A stretch of 64,000 bases of DNA from Bacteroidota bacterium (GTDB lineage: Bacteria > Bacteroidota > Bacteroidia > Flavobacteriales_D > Sanyastnellaceae), in NCBI GenBank assembly GCA_027622975.1, contig JAQBVN010000001.1:35955-99954 (forward strand). Direction: 5' to 3'. Position 1 is the first letter of the stretch; each line of letters starts with the position of its first letter. Of this stretch, positions 1 through 9,966 are shown piece by piece. The position numbers were made by a program, and so were the translations under genes. A model generated the notes under the pieces. The model searched no databases and was not told where the DNA came from. It worked only from the letters and a program-made list of their open reading frames with translations.

Positions 1-711
1 CGCATCGACAGCATTTTCCCGGCCGATCGTTTCGACGTGACCATCACGGGCACGAGCATCGTGTTTTTGCAGGGAACGAGTTACCTCGTGAACAACCTCC
101 TGATTTCGATTGCCCTGGCTATTGTGGTCATTGCCCTGGTGATGGCCTTGTTGTTCAAGAGTGGTCGGATGGTTGGCATTGCGCTGATTCCCAATCTTTT
201 GCCCCTGCTTTTCACCGCAGGTGTGATGGGTTGGACTGGCATTCCCATCAAACCATCCACCATCTTGGTGTTCTCTGTGGCGTTTGGAATTTCTGTGGAC
301 GACACCATTCACTTCTTGGCCAAATACAGGCAGGAACTGCGAAGCAACGGGTGGAACATTCGTGCGGCTGTTCTCGAGGCGGTTCGAGAAACTGGGGTGA
401 GCATGATGTACACTTCCATTGTGTTGTTTTTTGGATTCTTGATGTTTGCCTTGAGCGAATTTGACGGCACGCGATCCTTGGGAATTTTGGTCTCGGTGAC
501 CTTGCTGGTCGCCATGTTCACCAACCTCATGCTCCTGCCTTCGCTGCTGATGAGTTTTGCCCGCTACATCTCCGCCCAAACCTTCAGCGAGCCATTCATC
601 CACATCTTGGATGAAGAGGAAGATCTTGCGCTCGAGTCATTGAAGATCACCCCAGGACTGAGTCCAGGCAAGGGCCAAGCGCGCCACGAGGGTCTTCAAA
701 AGCGGCCCTAG
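1..711 (+). CDS. MMPL/RND-superfamily membrane transporter, C-terminal portion (5' end outside window)
   Basis: Frame 1 is open from base 1; the track ORF 37..711 only starts at an internal GTG. Multi-helix hydrophobic domain with a GISVDDTIHF-type motif typical of RND/MMPL permeases. Confidence 0.7.
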   Translation, partial: RIDSIFPADRFDVTITGTSIVFLQGTSYLVNNLLISIALAIVVIALVMALLFKSGRMVGIALIPNLLPLLFTAGVMGWTGIPIKPSTILVFSVAFGISVDDTIHFLAKYRQELRSNGWNIRAAVLEAVRETGVSMMYTSIVLFFGFLMFALSEFDGTRSLGILVSVTLLVAMFTNLMLLPSLLMSFARYISAQTFSEPFIHILDEEEDLALESLKITPGLSPGKGQARHEGLQKRP

Positions 712-750
712 GAGGTTGTGAGCCCTGAGAGGCGATTGTATCTTGACCCC

Positions 751-1620
751 ATGAAAGGAATCGTCCTGGCAGGAGGCAGCGGCACGCGCCTTTGGCCCTT
801 GACCAAAGCAATCAGCAAGCAGTTGATGCCCATTTACGACAAGCCGATGATCTATCATCCCTTGTCGACGTTGATGATTGCGGGCATACGAGACATCCTC
901 ATCATCACCACCCCTGAGGACTCAGCCTCTTTTCAGCGGTTGTTGGGGGATGGGTCAGCGCTGGGTTGTTCTTTCACGTACACAGTGCAAGAGGTTCCCA
1001 ATGGGCTCGCCCAGGCCTTTGTGCTTGGCAAGGAGTTCATCGGTTCTGACAAGGTGGCTTTGGTCTTGGGCGACAACATTTTTTACGGCCGAAGTTTTGG
1101 CCGAACCCTGAGGGCGCATACAGACCCAGATGGCGCCATTGTTTTTGCCTATTACGTCAGTGACCCGGAACGGTACGGGGTGGTGGATTTTGATGCAGAG
1201 GGAAGGGTGTTGAGCATTGAGGAAAAACCCACGCGGCCCAAGAGCAACTTTGCAGTGCCAGGTCTGTACTTCTACGACAATGACGTCGTTGCCATTGCGC
1301 GTGATTTGAAGCCAAGTGCCAGGGGGGAATATGAAATCACGGATGTCAACAAGGCCTATCTCGAAGCGGGAAAATTGCACGTAGGGGTGTTGGATCGCGG
1401 CATGGCATGGCTTGACACCGGCACCCATGCATCCCTGATGCAGGCCTCTCAATTTGTCCAGGTGATTGAAGAGCGGCAAGGACTGAAGATTGGTTGTTTG
1501 GAAGAAATTGCCTGGAGAATGGGATTCATAGATGACGCGCAGTTGGAGGCATTGGCCGAGCCCTTGTTGAAGAGCGGATATGGGCAATACATGCTCGAAC
1601 AGTTGCAGCGTGGGCGTTGA
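751..1620 (+). CDS. rfbA: glucose-1-phosphate thymidylyltransferase
   Basis: [18 protein letters not shown] nucleotidyltransferase signature and full-length RmlA-like sequence. Start moved from track GTG 718 to ATG 751, which is preceded by TATCTTG + 5 nt. Confidence 0.93.
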   Translation: MKGIVLAGGSGTRLWPLTKAISKQLMPIYDKPMIYHPLSTLMIAGIRDILIITTPEDSASFQRLLGDGSALGCSFTYTVQEVPNGLAQAFVLGKEFIGSDKVALVLGDNIFYGRSFGRTLRAHTDPDGAIVFAYYVSDPERYGVVDFDAEGRVLSIEEKPTRPKSNFAVPGLYFYDNDVVAIARDLKPSARGEYEITDVNKAYLEAGKLHVGVLDRGMAWLDTGTHASLMQASQFVQVIEERQGLKIGCLEEIAWRMGFIDDAQLEALAEPLLKSGYGQYMLEQLQRGR

Positions 1621-1669
1621 ATGTGAGAGGAAGGGAGAACAAATCGCCTCGGCACGCATTTTCAACCCC

Positions 1670-2668
1670 ATGACATCAATCACCCGCGAAGCCCTTTGGA
1701 GGAACGACTTGGAGCAGGCCCTTGCCAATTTTTTGCGTCGTCATCCACAGGGGAGTTCAGACGGTTTGTACGATCCGATTCATTACCTCCTGGGGTTGGG
1801 TGGAAAGCGCATTCGGCCTGTGTTGGCGTTGGCTGCCTGCGAAGCGGAAGGCGGTGACGCCGGGTTGGCCATGCCTGCGGCGCTGGCTGTCGAGATGTTT
1901 CACAACTTCACATTGATGCATGATGACATCATGGATGAAGCACCCTTGCGCAGGGGGCGTCCGACCGTCCACAAGAAGTGGAATGAGCATGCAGCCATCC
2001 TTTCAGGGGATGCCTTGTACACCTTGGCCTTGACGGCCCTTGAACAGGTGCCCACCGCGGCTTTGCCGGATGTATTGCGCATGTTCAATGTGACGGCTCG
2101 GGAGGTGTGCGAGGGCCAGCAGAGCGACATGGCTTTTGAGCGCCGTGAGAACGTCACCTTGGAAGCCTATGTGGAAATGATCCGTTTGAAAACGTCAGTC
2201 CTTCTTGCGGCGTCTGCATACATGGGGGCGCGGTGCGCAGGGGCGTCGGAGGAACGTGCTCAGCTCTGGTATCGCTATGGAGAGAACGTGGGATTGGCCT
2301 TTCAACTACAAGATGATTATCTCGACGCGTTTGGTGAGAGTTCGGCCACTGGGAAGCAGGTGGGGGGAGACATCTTGTCGGACAAAAAAACACTTCTGTG
2401 GCTCGCGGCTTGGGCTCATCCTTCGTCACGGGAAGTGCTGATGTCCCATGTCGGATCTCATCCCGCCACAGGTTCTGTCATGGCCGAGGCCAAAATCCAA
2501 GCTGTTCGATCCGCCATGGTTCAAGCTGGTGCTGATGCTGAGGCCCGTCGTCGGATGGCTGAACATGTGGCTTTGGCCCTTGAAGCCTTGGCCCAGCTTG
2601 AATTGCCGGAGAACCATGGGGCGTGGTTTGGAGACCTTGCGGCCCACGTCACCTCCAGAACCCATTGA
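1670..2668 (+). CDS. polyprenyl (geranylgeranyl/farnesyl) diphosphate synthase
   Basis: Both aspartate-rich motifs are present (LMHDDIMDEAPLRRG and FQLQDDYLDAFG). Start set to ATG 1670; the track start 1580 overlaps the rfbA end. Confidence 0.88.
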   Translation: MTSITREALWRNDLEQALANFLRRHPQGSSDGLYDPIHYLLGLGGKRIRPVLALAACEAEGGDAGLAMPAALAVEMFHNFTLMHDDIMDEAPLRRGRPTVHKKWNEHAAILSGDALYTLALTALEQVPTAALPDVLRMFNVTAREVCEGQQSDMAFERRENVTLEAYVEMIRLKTSVLLAASAYMGARCAGASEERAQLWYRYGENVGLAFQLQDDYLDAFGESSATGKQVGGDILSDKKTLLWLAAWAHPSSREVLMSHVGSHPATGSVMAEAKIQAVRSAMVQAGADAEARRRMAEHVALALEALAQLELPENHGAWFGDLAAHVTSRTH

Positions 2669-2740
2669 TTCCGCGCCCAATCTTAGGCCAGTCCAAGCCG
2701 TCAGGCTTATCTTTACGGCCGCGAAAAGCTCCTTGTCCAC

Positions 2741-5461
2741 ATGGACCCACTTTCATTTTTGAGCAACGCCGAGCCTGGTGCGCTCGACGCCCTCTACGCC
2801 CGCTACCTGAAGGATCCTGCATCTGTGGACCGCTCATGGCGGCTTTTTTTTGCTGGTTTTGACCTCAGTCGCGCCACCTATGGTGAAGATGCAGCATCTC
2901 CTGCCACGCTCAAGGAATTCAAGGTGCTCGACCTCATTCACGGGTACCGAACCCGAGGACATTTGTTCACCCAAACCAACCCTGTTCGTGCTCGACGCAC
3001 CTACAAGCCTACGCTGGCTTTGGAGAATTTTGACCTGTCCGAGGCGGACCTCGACGTGGTCTTCCAAGCGGGCAACGAGGTGGGCATTGGACCGGCCACA
3101 TTGCGGAACATTGTGGCGCATTTGGAGGCCACGTACTGCCACTCCATCGGCATTGAATACATGTTCATACGCGAGCCCGAGCGTCAGCAGTGGATTCGAG
3201 AGCACATCGAGTTGGCCAATCGCCCGAGACTCGATGCCAAGGGCAGGAAACACGTGCTGAAAAAAATCAGCCAGGCGACGCTTTTCGAGGAATTTCTGCA
3301 GAAAAAATTCGTTGGCCAAAAGCGGTTCTCGCTCGAAGGTGGTGAGAGTCTCATCCCCGCTTTGGATGCGTTGATTGAAACGGGTACGACCCGGGGGGTT
3401 CGGGAAGTCGTGATTGGCATGGCTCACCGTGGACGTCTCAGCACCCTGGCCCACATTTTGGGCAAGCCTTATGCCAACATTCTGTGCGAATTTGAGGGTA
3501 AGGCCTACGATGGGGACGGGTTGTTTGATGGGGATGTCAAATACCATTTGGGATATTCACGGAAGCAGAAGGCCGACACAGGAGAGGAAGTGACCATCAC
3601 CCTGGCACCCAATCCTTCTCACCTCGAGGCGGTGGACCCGGTGGTGGAGGGCATTGCCCGGGCGCGGATCGACGCCAGAGGTGGAGATGAATCCAGCGTT
3701 CTTCCCATTTTGATTCATGGTGACGCGGCCATCGCTGGCCAAGGCGTGGTCTACGAACTAGCCCAAATGGCTGGTTTGGATGGATACAGAACGGGTGGTA
3801 CGGTGCATGTTGTGGTAAACAACCAAGTCGGCTTCACCACCAATTACCTCGATGCCCGAACGTCCACGTATTGCACAGATGTGGCCAAAGTGACCCAAGC
3901 GCTTGTCTTCCATGTCAATGCAGACGATGTTGAAGCGGTTGTGCAGGTCATGAACATTGCGCTCGATTACCGCCAAACCTTTCACCAAGACGTTTTCATT
4001 GACCTTTTGGGTTACCGGAAGTACGGCCACAATGAGGGAGACGAACCCAAGTTCACCCAACCCAAGCTCTACAAAGCAATTGCGGCTCATCCGTCACCCT
4101 ACGAGACGTACCTGCACAAGCTCTTGGGTGATGGCACCCTCACCATGGAGGAGGCGGAGTCCATGAAATCGACCCTGCTCGATGCCATGGAGGCGGGGTT
4201 CGAGGAGGCCAAAGCGATGTCTTGTTCGGTGGTCGATGATTTCTTGAGTGAATTGTGGGATGGATACCGACCTGCCAAACCCGGAGAGTTGTCGACCTCA
4301 CCCAAAACGGGAGTTTCGATGAAGAAACTTGTGGAGTTGGGAACCAAAATGAATACGCTCCCTGAAGGCCCGAAGTTTTTCCGAAAGGTGAAGAAGTTGA
4401 TGGAGGATCGGCTTCACATGATTGCCAAGGATGAACTCGATTGGGCCATGGGAGAAAAACTGGCCTACGCCACGTTGCTCGATGAGGGACACCCCGTACG
4501 CATCAGCGGACAAGATGTGGAGCGCGGGACTTTTTCTCACCGCCATGCCGTTGTCAAAACGGAGGACAGCGAAGAGGAATTGATTTTGCTGAATCATCTC
4601 AGAGAAGGCCAAGCCAAGCTGGAGATTTACAACAGCTTGCTCTCAGAATATGCGGTCAGCGGATTTGAATATGGCTATGCATTTGCCAATCCCTCGGGAC
4701 TCACCATTTGGGAGGCCCAGTTTGGGGACTTCAACAACGGGGCGCAAATCATGTGGGACCAGTTTTTGAGTGCAGGGGAGGACAAATGGCGGACCATGAA
4801 TGGTTTGACATTGTTGCTGCCCCACGGCTACGAAGGCATGGGATCGGAGCACAGCAGCGGACGCATGGAGCGATTCCTGCAGCTCGGCTCTGGTGACAAC
4901 ATGGTGGTGGCCAATTGCACGACCCCAGCCAACATGTTCCATCTGCTTCGTAGACAAGTGCACCGACCTTTCCGCAAACCCTTGGTGGTGTTCACCCCCA
5001 AGAAATTGTTGCGGTATCCAAAGGCAGTGTCTTCCATGAAGGAGCTCAGCGAGGGCGGTTTTCAGGAAGTCATCGCCGATCCCAACAAGCTCAAAGGTGC
5101 TGACACTGTGGTTCTTTGTTCAGGCAAAGTCTATTACGACTTGCTCGAAGCATTCGAAGACCGGGTACCTCTCAACATGGCAGTCATTCGATTGGAACAG
5201 CTTCATCCGTTCCCCATCGATGCCTTGTCCAAGGTGTTGTCCAAACACGCCAAACACGCCCACGTTGTTTGGCTTCAAGAGGAGCCTCGAAACATGGGTG
5301 CCTGGACGTTTGTCCATGAAAGCATGAGCATGCATGGATTGGGAATTCCACAGTACGTGGGACGAACCGCCAGCGCAAGTCCGGCTTCGGGATCCCCTGC
5401 TGTCCATGCCCAACGTCATCAAGCCCTGCTTGCAGAAGTGGTGGCGATGGCTAAATTTTGA
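2741..5461 (+). CDS. sucA: 2-oxoglutarate dehydrogenase E1 component
   Basis: 906 aa with typical SucA N-terminus ([20 protein letters not shown]) and TPP-binding core, followed by E2. Confidence 0.95.
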   Translation: MDPLSFLSNAEPGALDALYARYLKDPASVDRSWRLFFAGFDLSRATYGEDAASPATLKEFKVLDLIHGYRTRGHLFTQTNPVRARRTYKPTLALENFDLSEADLDVVFQAGNEVGIGPATLRNIVAHLEATYCHSIGIEYMFIREPERQQWIREHIELANRPRLDAKGRKHVLKKISQATLFEEFLQKKFVGQKRFSLEGGESLIPALDALIETGTTRGVREVVIGMAHRGRLSTLAHILGKPYANILCEFEGKAYDGDGLFDGDVKYHLGYSRKQKADTGEEVTITLAPNPSHLEAVDPVVEGIARARIDARGGDESSVLPILIHGDAAIAGQGVVYELAQMAGLDGYRTGGTVHVVVNNQVGFTTNYLDARTSTYCTDVAKVTQALVFHVNADDVEAVVQVMNIALDYRQTFHQDVFIDLLGYRKYGHNEGDEPKFTQPKLYKAIAAHPSPYETYLHKLLGDGTLTMEEAESMKSTLLDAMEAGFEEAKAMSCSVVDDFLSELWDGYRPAKPGELSTSPKTGVSMKKLVELGTKMNTLPEGPKFFRKVKKLMEDRLHMIAKDELDWAMGEKLAYATLLDEGHPVRISGQDVERGTFSHRHAVVKTEDSEEELILLNHLREGQAKLEIYNSLLSEYAVSGFEYGYAFANPSGLTIWEAQFGDFNNGAQIMWDQFLSAGEDKWRTMNGLTLLLPHGYEGMGSEHSSGRMERFLQLGSGDNMVVANCTTPANMFHLLRRQVHRPFRKPLVVFTPKKLLRYPKAVSSMKELSEGGFQEVIADPNKLKGADTVVLCSGKVYYDLLEAFEDRVPLNMAVIRLEQLHPFPIDALSKVLSKHAKHAHVVWLQEEPRNMGAWTFVHESMSMHGLGIPQYVGRTASASPASGSPAVHAQRHQALLAEVVAMAKF

Positions 5462-5490
5462 CCCCATCACGATCAACCAACGATACGATC

Positions 5491-6789
5491 ATGCCAATTC
5501 TTGAAATGAAAGTTCCCAGCCCCGGAGAGAGCATCTCCGAAGTGGAAATTGCGACATGGCTGGTGTCTGATGGAGATTACGTTGAAAAAGACCAAGCCAT
5601 TGCCGAAGTGGATTCGGACAAAGCCACCTTGGAATTGCCAGCAGAAGCTGCAGGCATCATCACCTTGAAGGCGGGCGAGGGGGATGTGGTCCCAGTGGGA
5701 GATGTGTGTTGTTTGATTGACACAGACGCGAAGCGGCCTGCCGGCTCAGCGGCACCCGCCCCCAAGGCAGTGGAGGCAGCGACAATGACTCCTGCCGCTT
5801 CGGCGGTTGCTGCACCCCCTGCTCCTGCTCCCGTGCCTGCTCCTGCACCCACGCCGACGTCCGCTGAGAGACCGATGGGAGAGAGTCATGCAACAGGTCA
5901 TGCTTCTCCAGCCGCCCGAAAGACCATGGCCGATGCAGGCCTTCCTTCGGGTTCCATCCAGGGAACTGGCCGGGATGGTCGCGTGTTGAAGCAGGATGTC
6001 CTCGCGGCACTCGCTGCTGGATTCGATGCCAGCAACGTGCGTTCGGGTTGGAATGGCAGCCGTGAAACGAGACGTGAGAAGATGAGCATGTTGCGTCGGA
6101 AGGTGGCCGAGCGTTTGGTCTCGGTCAAGAATGAGACGGCCATGCTCACCACGTTCAATGAGGTCGACATGAAGCCAGTCATGGACCTGCGTGCCAAGCA
6201 CAAGGATGCCTTCAAAGAGCAGTTTGGGGTGAGTTTAGGGTTCATGGGATTGTTCACCAAGGCCGTGACCACTGCCCTTGCCGAATTCCCTGCAATCAAC
6301 GCCCAAATCGATGGGAAGGAACTCATCTATCACGACTACGCGGACGTGTGCATTGCGGTGAGCTCGCCCAAAGGCTTGATGGTGCCAGTCGTTCGAAACG
6401 CTGAGACGTTGAGCGTCGCGGAGATCGAAGCTGAAATCAAACGATTGGCCATTCGCGCCCGTGATGGAGAATTGACGGTGGATGAGATGCAGGGTGGAAC
6501 GTTCACCATCACCAATGGCGGTGTTTTTGGTTCCATGCTTTCAACGCCAATCATCAACCCCCCTCAGAGCGCCATCCTTGGCATGCACAACATCGTGGAA
6601 CGCCCAGTGGCTGTGAATGGCCAGGTGGAGATTCGCCCCATCATGTATGTGGCACTGAGCTACGACCACCGGATTGTGGATGGCAAGGAAAGCGTTGGCT
6701 TCTTGTACATGGTTAAGGAAATGATTGAAAACCCTGAGCGGATGTTGTTCGGTGGCAAAACCCCCACCGAAGTGCTTCTTGGGCTTTGA
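5491..6789 (+). CDS. sucB: dihydrolipoyllysine-residue succinyltransferase (E2 of 2-oxoglutarate dehydrogenase)
   Basis: Lipoyl domain ([13 protein letters not shown]), Ala/Pro linker, and catalytic domain ending DHRIVDG. Start at ATG 5491 ([15 protein letters not shown]). Confidence 0.95.
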   Translation: MPILEMKVPSPGESISEVEIATWLVSDGDYVEKDQAIAEVDSDKATLELPAEAAGIITLKAGEGDVVPVGDVCCLIDTDAKRPAGSAAPAPKAVEAATMTPAASAVAAPPAPAPVPAPAPTPTSAERPMGESHATGHASPAARKTMADAGLPSGSIQGTGRDGRVLKQDVLAALAAGFDASNVRSGWNGSRETRREKMSMLRRKVAERLVSVKNETAMLTTFNEVDMKPVMDLRAKHKDAFKEQFGVSLGFMGLFTKAVTTALAEFPAINAQIDGKELIYHDYADVCIAVSSPKGLMVPVVRNAETLSVAEIEAEIKRLAIRARDGELTVDEMQGGTFTITNGGVFGSMLSTPIINPPQSAILGMHNIVERPVAVNGQVEIRPIMYVALSYDHRIVDGKESVGFLYMVKEMIENPERMLFGGKTPTEVLLGL

Positions 6790-6820
6790 TGACCCTCCAT
6801 TCAGGGTTGACGACAAAGAC

Positions 6821-6849
6821 AAACGGGGAGCCTGTGCGGAGCCCCGTTT
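6821..6849. terminator. hairpin between convergent sucB and moeZ-like genes (possible bidirectional terminator)
   Basis: AAACGGGG...CCCCGTTT 8-bp stem, with an A-rich stretch upstream and a T-rich stretch downstream, in the 143-nt convergent spacer. Confidence 0.5.
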
Positions 6850-6932
6850 GATTGTTCAAGTTGTGACGACCGACCAAAACCCAAAAGGCAGCCGTCCACC
6901 CGTTCTTTCTTCACGATTCGTGCCAACTTCGG

Positions 6933-8096
6933 TCAATACCGGGCCAGCGACGGATCGATGTGTTCTTGCCAGGCGAGGATCCCGCCTGTGAGGTTCACCA
7001 AGTTGGTGTAACCGTGTACATCTTCGAGTTGCCGAATTGCCTTGGCACTGCGAGCGCCCGACCGGCACTGCACCACGACGGGCACATCCTTGGGAATGCG
7101 CGTGGTGCTTTCGAGCACCGTGGCCAGAGGGATGAGGTCTCCACCCATTTCTGCGATGCCAAATTCATAGGGCTCTCGAACGTCAATCAGGACATGCTCC
7201 TTGCCGCTCTCCCGCCATGAGTGAAGTTCATGGACATCGATGGCCTCAACTTCCCGTTCTTGGGAGGCAGGCACCCCAATTCCACAAAACTGGTCGTAGT
7301 CGATGAGTTGGGTTTGGGTTGGATTCTCCCCATTGAGTGGGTTGCGAGGGTCTTTGCGAACCTTCATGGTGCGCGTGGTGAATCCCGTGGCGTCAAAGAG
7401 GAACAAGCGTCCGCTGAGCGTGTCACCCACGCCGGTGATCACCTTGATCACTTCAAGGGCCTGGAGTGAGCCGAGGATTCCTGGCAACACACCAATCACT
7501 CCTCCTTCCGCGCAGCTGGGCACGAGGCCAGGGGGGGGCGGGGATGGGAAAAGGTCGCGGTAATTGGGGCCACGCGTGCCATCTGAAAGGAGTTCATTGA
7601 ACACGGAAGCTTGTCCCTCGAAGCGGTAAATGCTTGCATACACGTTCACCTTTCCTTCAAGGACGCAGGCATCATTGACCAAGTACCGCGTCGGAAAATT
7701 GTCCGTTCCGTCCGCGACCACGTCGTATTGCCTCACCAAATCTCTTGCGTTGGCGCTTGTGAATTTGGTGTTGTGAACGTCAATGGTGATGTGGGGATTG
7801 AGAGAAGCCAAGCGCTCTTTGGCAGCCATGGCTTTTGATTTCCCCACGGATTGAATCCCAAACAACACCTGACGCTGGAGGTTGCTGGCATCGACCGTAT
7901 CGAAATCCACCACCCCGATTCTGCCGACCCCGGCGGCTGCGAGGTACAAGAGGAGCGGAGATCCCAATCCCCCTGAACCAATGACCAACACGCTGGCGGC
8001 CTTGAGTTTGCGCTGTCCCTCGATGTTGAATTCAGGGATGATCAGGTGCCGGCTGTAACGTTCCAGCTCTTCTTTGCTGAATTGAATTTGTTCCAT
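6933..8096 (-). CDS. moeZ: MoeB/ThiF-family E1-like adenylyltransferase fused to a C-terminal rhodanese domain (MoeZ-type sulfur-carrier activating enzyme)
   Basis: RYSRHLIIPEF...VIGSGGLGSP nucleotide-binding fold and a C-terminal rhodanese with active-site CRSGARS. Last gene of the cysM-mec-cysO cluster. Confidence 0.88.
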   Translation of the reverse strand: MEQIQFSKEELERYSRHLIIPEFNIEGQRKLKAASVLVIGSGGLGSPLLLYLAAAGVGRIGVVDFDTVDASNLQRQVLFGIQSVGKSKAMAAKERLASLNPHITIDVHNTKFTSANARDLVRQYDVVADGTDNFPTRYLVNDACVLEGKVNVYASIYRFEGQASVFNELLSDGTRGPNYRDLFPSPPPPGLVPSCAEGGVIGVLPGILGSLQALEVIKVITGVGDTLSGRLFLFDATGFTTRTMKVRKDPRNPLNGENPTQTQLIDYDQFCGIGVPASQEREVEAIDVHELHSWRESGKEHVLIDVREPYEFGIAEMGGDLIPLATVLESTTRIPKDVPVVVQCRSGARSAKAIRQLEDVHGYTNLVNLTGGILAWQEHIDPSLARY

Positions 8097-8116
8097 GGTT
8101 GCGATGTCTGGCAGGG

Positions 8117-8392
8117 TTATGCTCCTCCTGCAATGGCTGGGATGATGCTCACCTCGTCGTTGGGTTGGAGTGCAGTGTCTTCGCCGTCAAGGGCATGAAT
8201 GTCTTCGTCGCCTACGTACACGCGAATGAAGCTGCGAAGGCTGCCGGAATCTTCAAACAGGTGGGGTTTGAGTCCTGGATGTTGAGAGGCCAAGGCGTGA
8301 AGCAGCTCTTTCACAGATGTTGCTTCCTGGGTAAAAATGCCTTGTCCATCAGTGAATTTCCGCAATGGGGTAGGGATGATTAATTGGGCCAT
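8117..8392 (-). CDS. cysO: MoaD/ThiS-fold sulfur-carrier protein (CysO-like), C-terminus ...AIAGG-A
   Basis: 91 aa of beta-grasp size. I read the C-terminal codons as GCC ATT GCA GGA GGA GCA TAA. Sits between the JAMM protease and E1 genes. Confidence 0.8.
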   Translation of the reverse strand: MAQLIIPTPLRKFTDGQGIFTQEATSVKELLHALASQHPGLKPHLFEDSGSLRSFIRVYVGDEDIHALDGEDTALQPNDEVSIIPAIAGGA

Positions 8393-8434
8393 GTCAAGAA
8401 AAATGGATTGTTGTTGAATGTCAAAAAGTCAAAA

Positions 8435-8884
8435 TCAAGTGGTGCGCCATGTCGTGGGCATGGAGACGATGTGTTCTTCAGCAAACTGGCGATCGGCATC
8501 GAGCTGCCAACTGCGTACATGCGAGGTTCCTTCTGGCTCAACGCTTACGATGATGTAACTGAAGAAGGGGAGGGCCACGGCGAGGTCATGCTCGCTTGGA
8601 ATGGCAGGGTGCAGCGGATGGCTGTGGTATACCCCGAGCAAGGTGAGGCCCTCTCGCGCAGCATGGCGTTCAGCCTGCAAATAGTCTTTGTCGGAAATGG
8701 CAAACCGGCGGCGCTGGTCTCCTTCTTTGCTGTTGGTGACCTGCGTCGAAAGGGTAACCTGCCGAATACCCCCTGATTCGTCACCATAAAAGAACCCGCA
8801 GCATTCGTTGGGAAAAGCCGCCTCAGCATGGTCAGTCATGGCCTTCAGGGCTTTGTGGTCGATGTCAAGTGGGAGAAAACTCAT
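8435..8884 (-). CDS. mec: JAMM/MPN+ (Mov34) metalloprotease, Mec-like
   Basis: JAMM motif GVYHSHPLHPAIPSEHD (HxHx7Sx2D) plus the upstream Glu (NECCGFF). Its start overlaps the cysM stop (ATGA). Confidence 0.85.
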   Translation of the reverse strand: MSFLPLDIDHKALKAMTDHAEAAFPNECCGFFYGDESGGIRQVTLSTQVTNSKEGDQRRRFAISDKDYLQAERHAAREGLTLLGVYHSHPLHPAIPSEHDLAVALPFFSYIIVSVEPEGTSHVRSWQLDADRQFAEEHIVSMPTTWRTT

Positions 8885-9810
8885 GGCAGGATGCGTTCGA
8901 CAACTTCACTGTACTTCGTGGCATCATCAGCCAACACGGTGACGATCACCCCCTCTTCCAATTCGTGTGCGAGTTCAACGGCTCCGGCCAGATTGGCTGC
9001 CGATGAAGGGCTGAGCAAGAGACCTTCTTCCTTGGCCGCCCGGCGAAGCATGGTGTAGCTCGCCTCGGTGGTGACCAAACGCGTCTCATCTGGCACCGTG
9101 GCGTCAAAGATTTTTGGCACACGCGCTGTTTCGAGGTGCTTCCATCCTTCAAGGCCGTGCAAGGCCGTTTCCGGCTGCAAAGCCACAAGTTGGATGTCTT
9201 GGTTGAATTCCTTGAGTCGACGCCCCGTTCCTGTGAACGTTCCCGTGGTGCCCAATCCAGCCACGAAGTGTGTGATGCGGTGGTGGGTTTCTTCCCAAAG
9301 TTCTACACCTGTGTGATGGTAATGTGCCATCCAGTTGGCATCGTTGCTGTATTGGTCGACGTAATGGTAGGTGTCAGGATGGGACTGTGCCAGCTCCCGG
9401 GCCACATCCTGGGAACCATCTGTGCTTTCGAACGGGCTTGTCAAGATGAGCTCCACACCCAGTGATTTCAAAATGTGCTTCCGTTCTTTTGAAGCGTTTT
9501 CTGGAATGCACAGCGTGACGGGAATGCCTGCCGCGGCAGCAAAAACAGCGTAAGCGATGCCGGTGTTTCCGGAGGAGGCATCCAACAGTCGACGTCCGCG
9601 AAGGGCCCCAGAGGCGACTGCATTTCGCAGGATGTTGAAGGCCGGACGCGCCTTGACACTCCCCCCAAATTGCTGCCATTCGAGTTTGGCATAAATCTCC
9701 ACACCGGGCTTGGGACTCAGGTGAAGCATGGGGTGCAATGGGGTGTGCCCGACATGCCAGCGGAGCTCGTCGAGGGTTGTCAATCTTGGGTCGATGAATG
9801 GAGTCGTCAT
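8881..9810 (-). CDS. cysM: PLP-dependent cysteine synthase (CysM-like, predicted to use a thiocarboxylated carrier)
   Basis: Fold-type II PLP enzyme with GGSVKARPA lysine motif and SSGNTGIAYA. First gene of the four-gene operon. Confidence 0.88.
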   Translation of the reverse strand: MTTPFIDPRLTTLDELRWHVGHTPLHPMLHLSPKPGVEIYAKLEWQQFGGSVKARPAFNILRNAVASGALRGRRLLDASSGNTGIAYAVFAAAAGIPVTLCIPENASKERKHILKSLGVELILTSPFESTDGSQDVARELAQSHPDTYHYVDQYSNDANWMAHYHHTGVELWEETHHRITHFVAGLGTTGTFTGTGRRLKEFNQDIQLVALQPETALHGLEGWKHLETARVPKIFDATVPDETRLVTTEASYTMLRRAAKEEGLLLSPSSAANLAGAVELAHELEEGVIVTVLADDATKYSEVVERILP

Positions 9811-9824
9811 CTTGGGTTTGGGTC

Positions 9825-9861
9825 AAAAAAAAGAAGCCCCCGTTACGAACGAGGGCTTCTT
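9825..9861 (-). terminator. strong intrinsic terminator 14 nt upstream of the cysM ATG (attenuator expression platform; also the only terminator after rodA)
   Basis: Minus strand reads AAGAAGCCCTCG / TTCGTAA / CGGGGGCTTCTT followed by TTTTTT. This is a 12-bp stem (one G-U), a 7-nt loop and a U-tract. Confidence 0.85.
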
Positions 9862-9884
9862 GAGGTTACGTGATTTTTGAGTGA

Positions 9885-9962
9885 TCATCCACGCATGCGC
9901 AAGCGGCCCCTGTCTGTCAGACAGCAGCAGCAGCAACAACACATGTTCGTGGAGAATGTCAT
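9885..9962 (-). CDS. candidate leader peptide MTFSTNMCCCCCCCLTDRGRLRMRG (7 tandem Cys codons)
   Basis: Read by hand: ATG 9962..9960, then TGT TGT TGC TGC TGC TGC TGT at 9941..9921, then TGA 9887..9885. The -7 box lies 4 nt upstream of the ATG, and the terminator starts 23 nt after the stop. Confidence 0.6.
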   Translation of the reverse strand: MTFSTNMCCCCCCCLTDRGRLRMRG

Positions 9963-9966
9963 GTTG

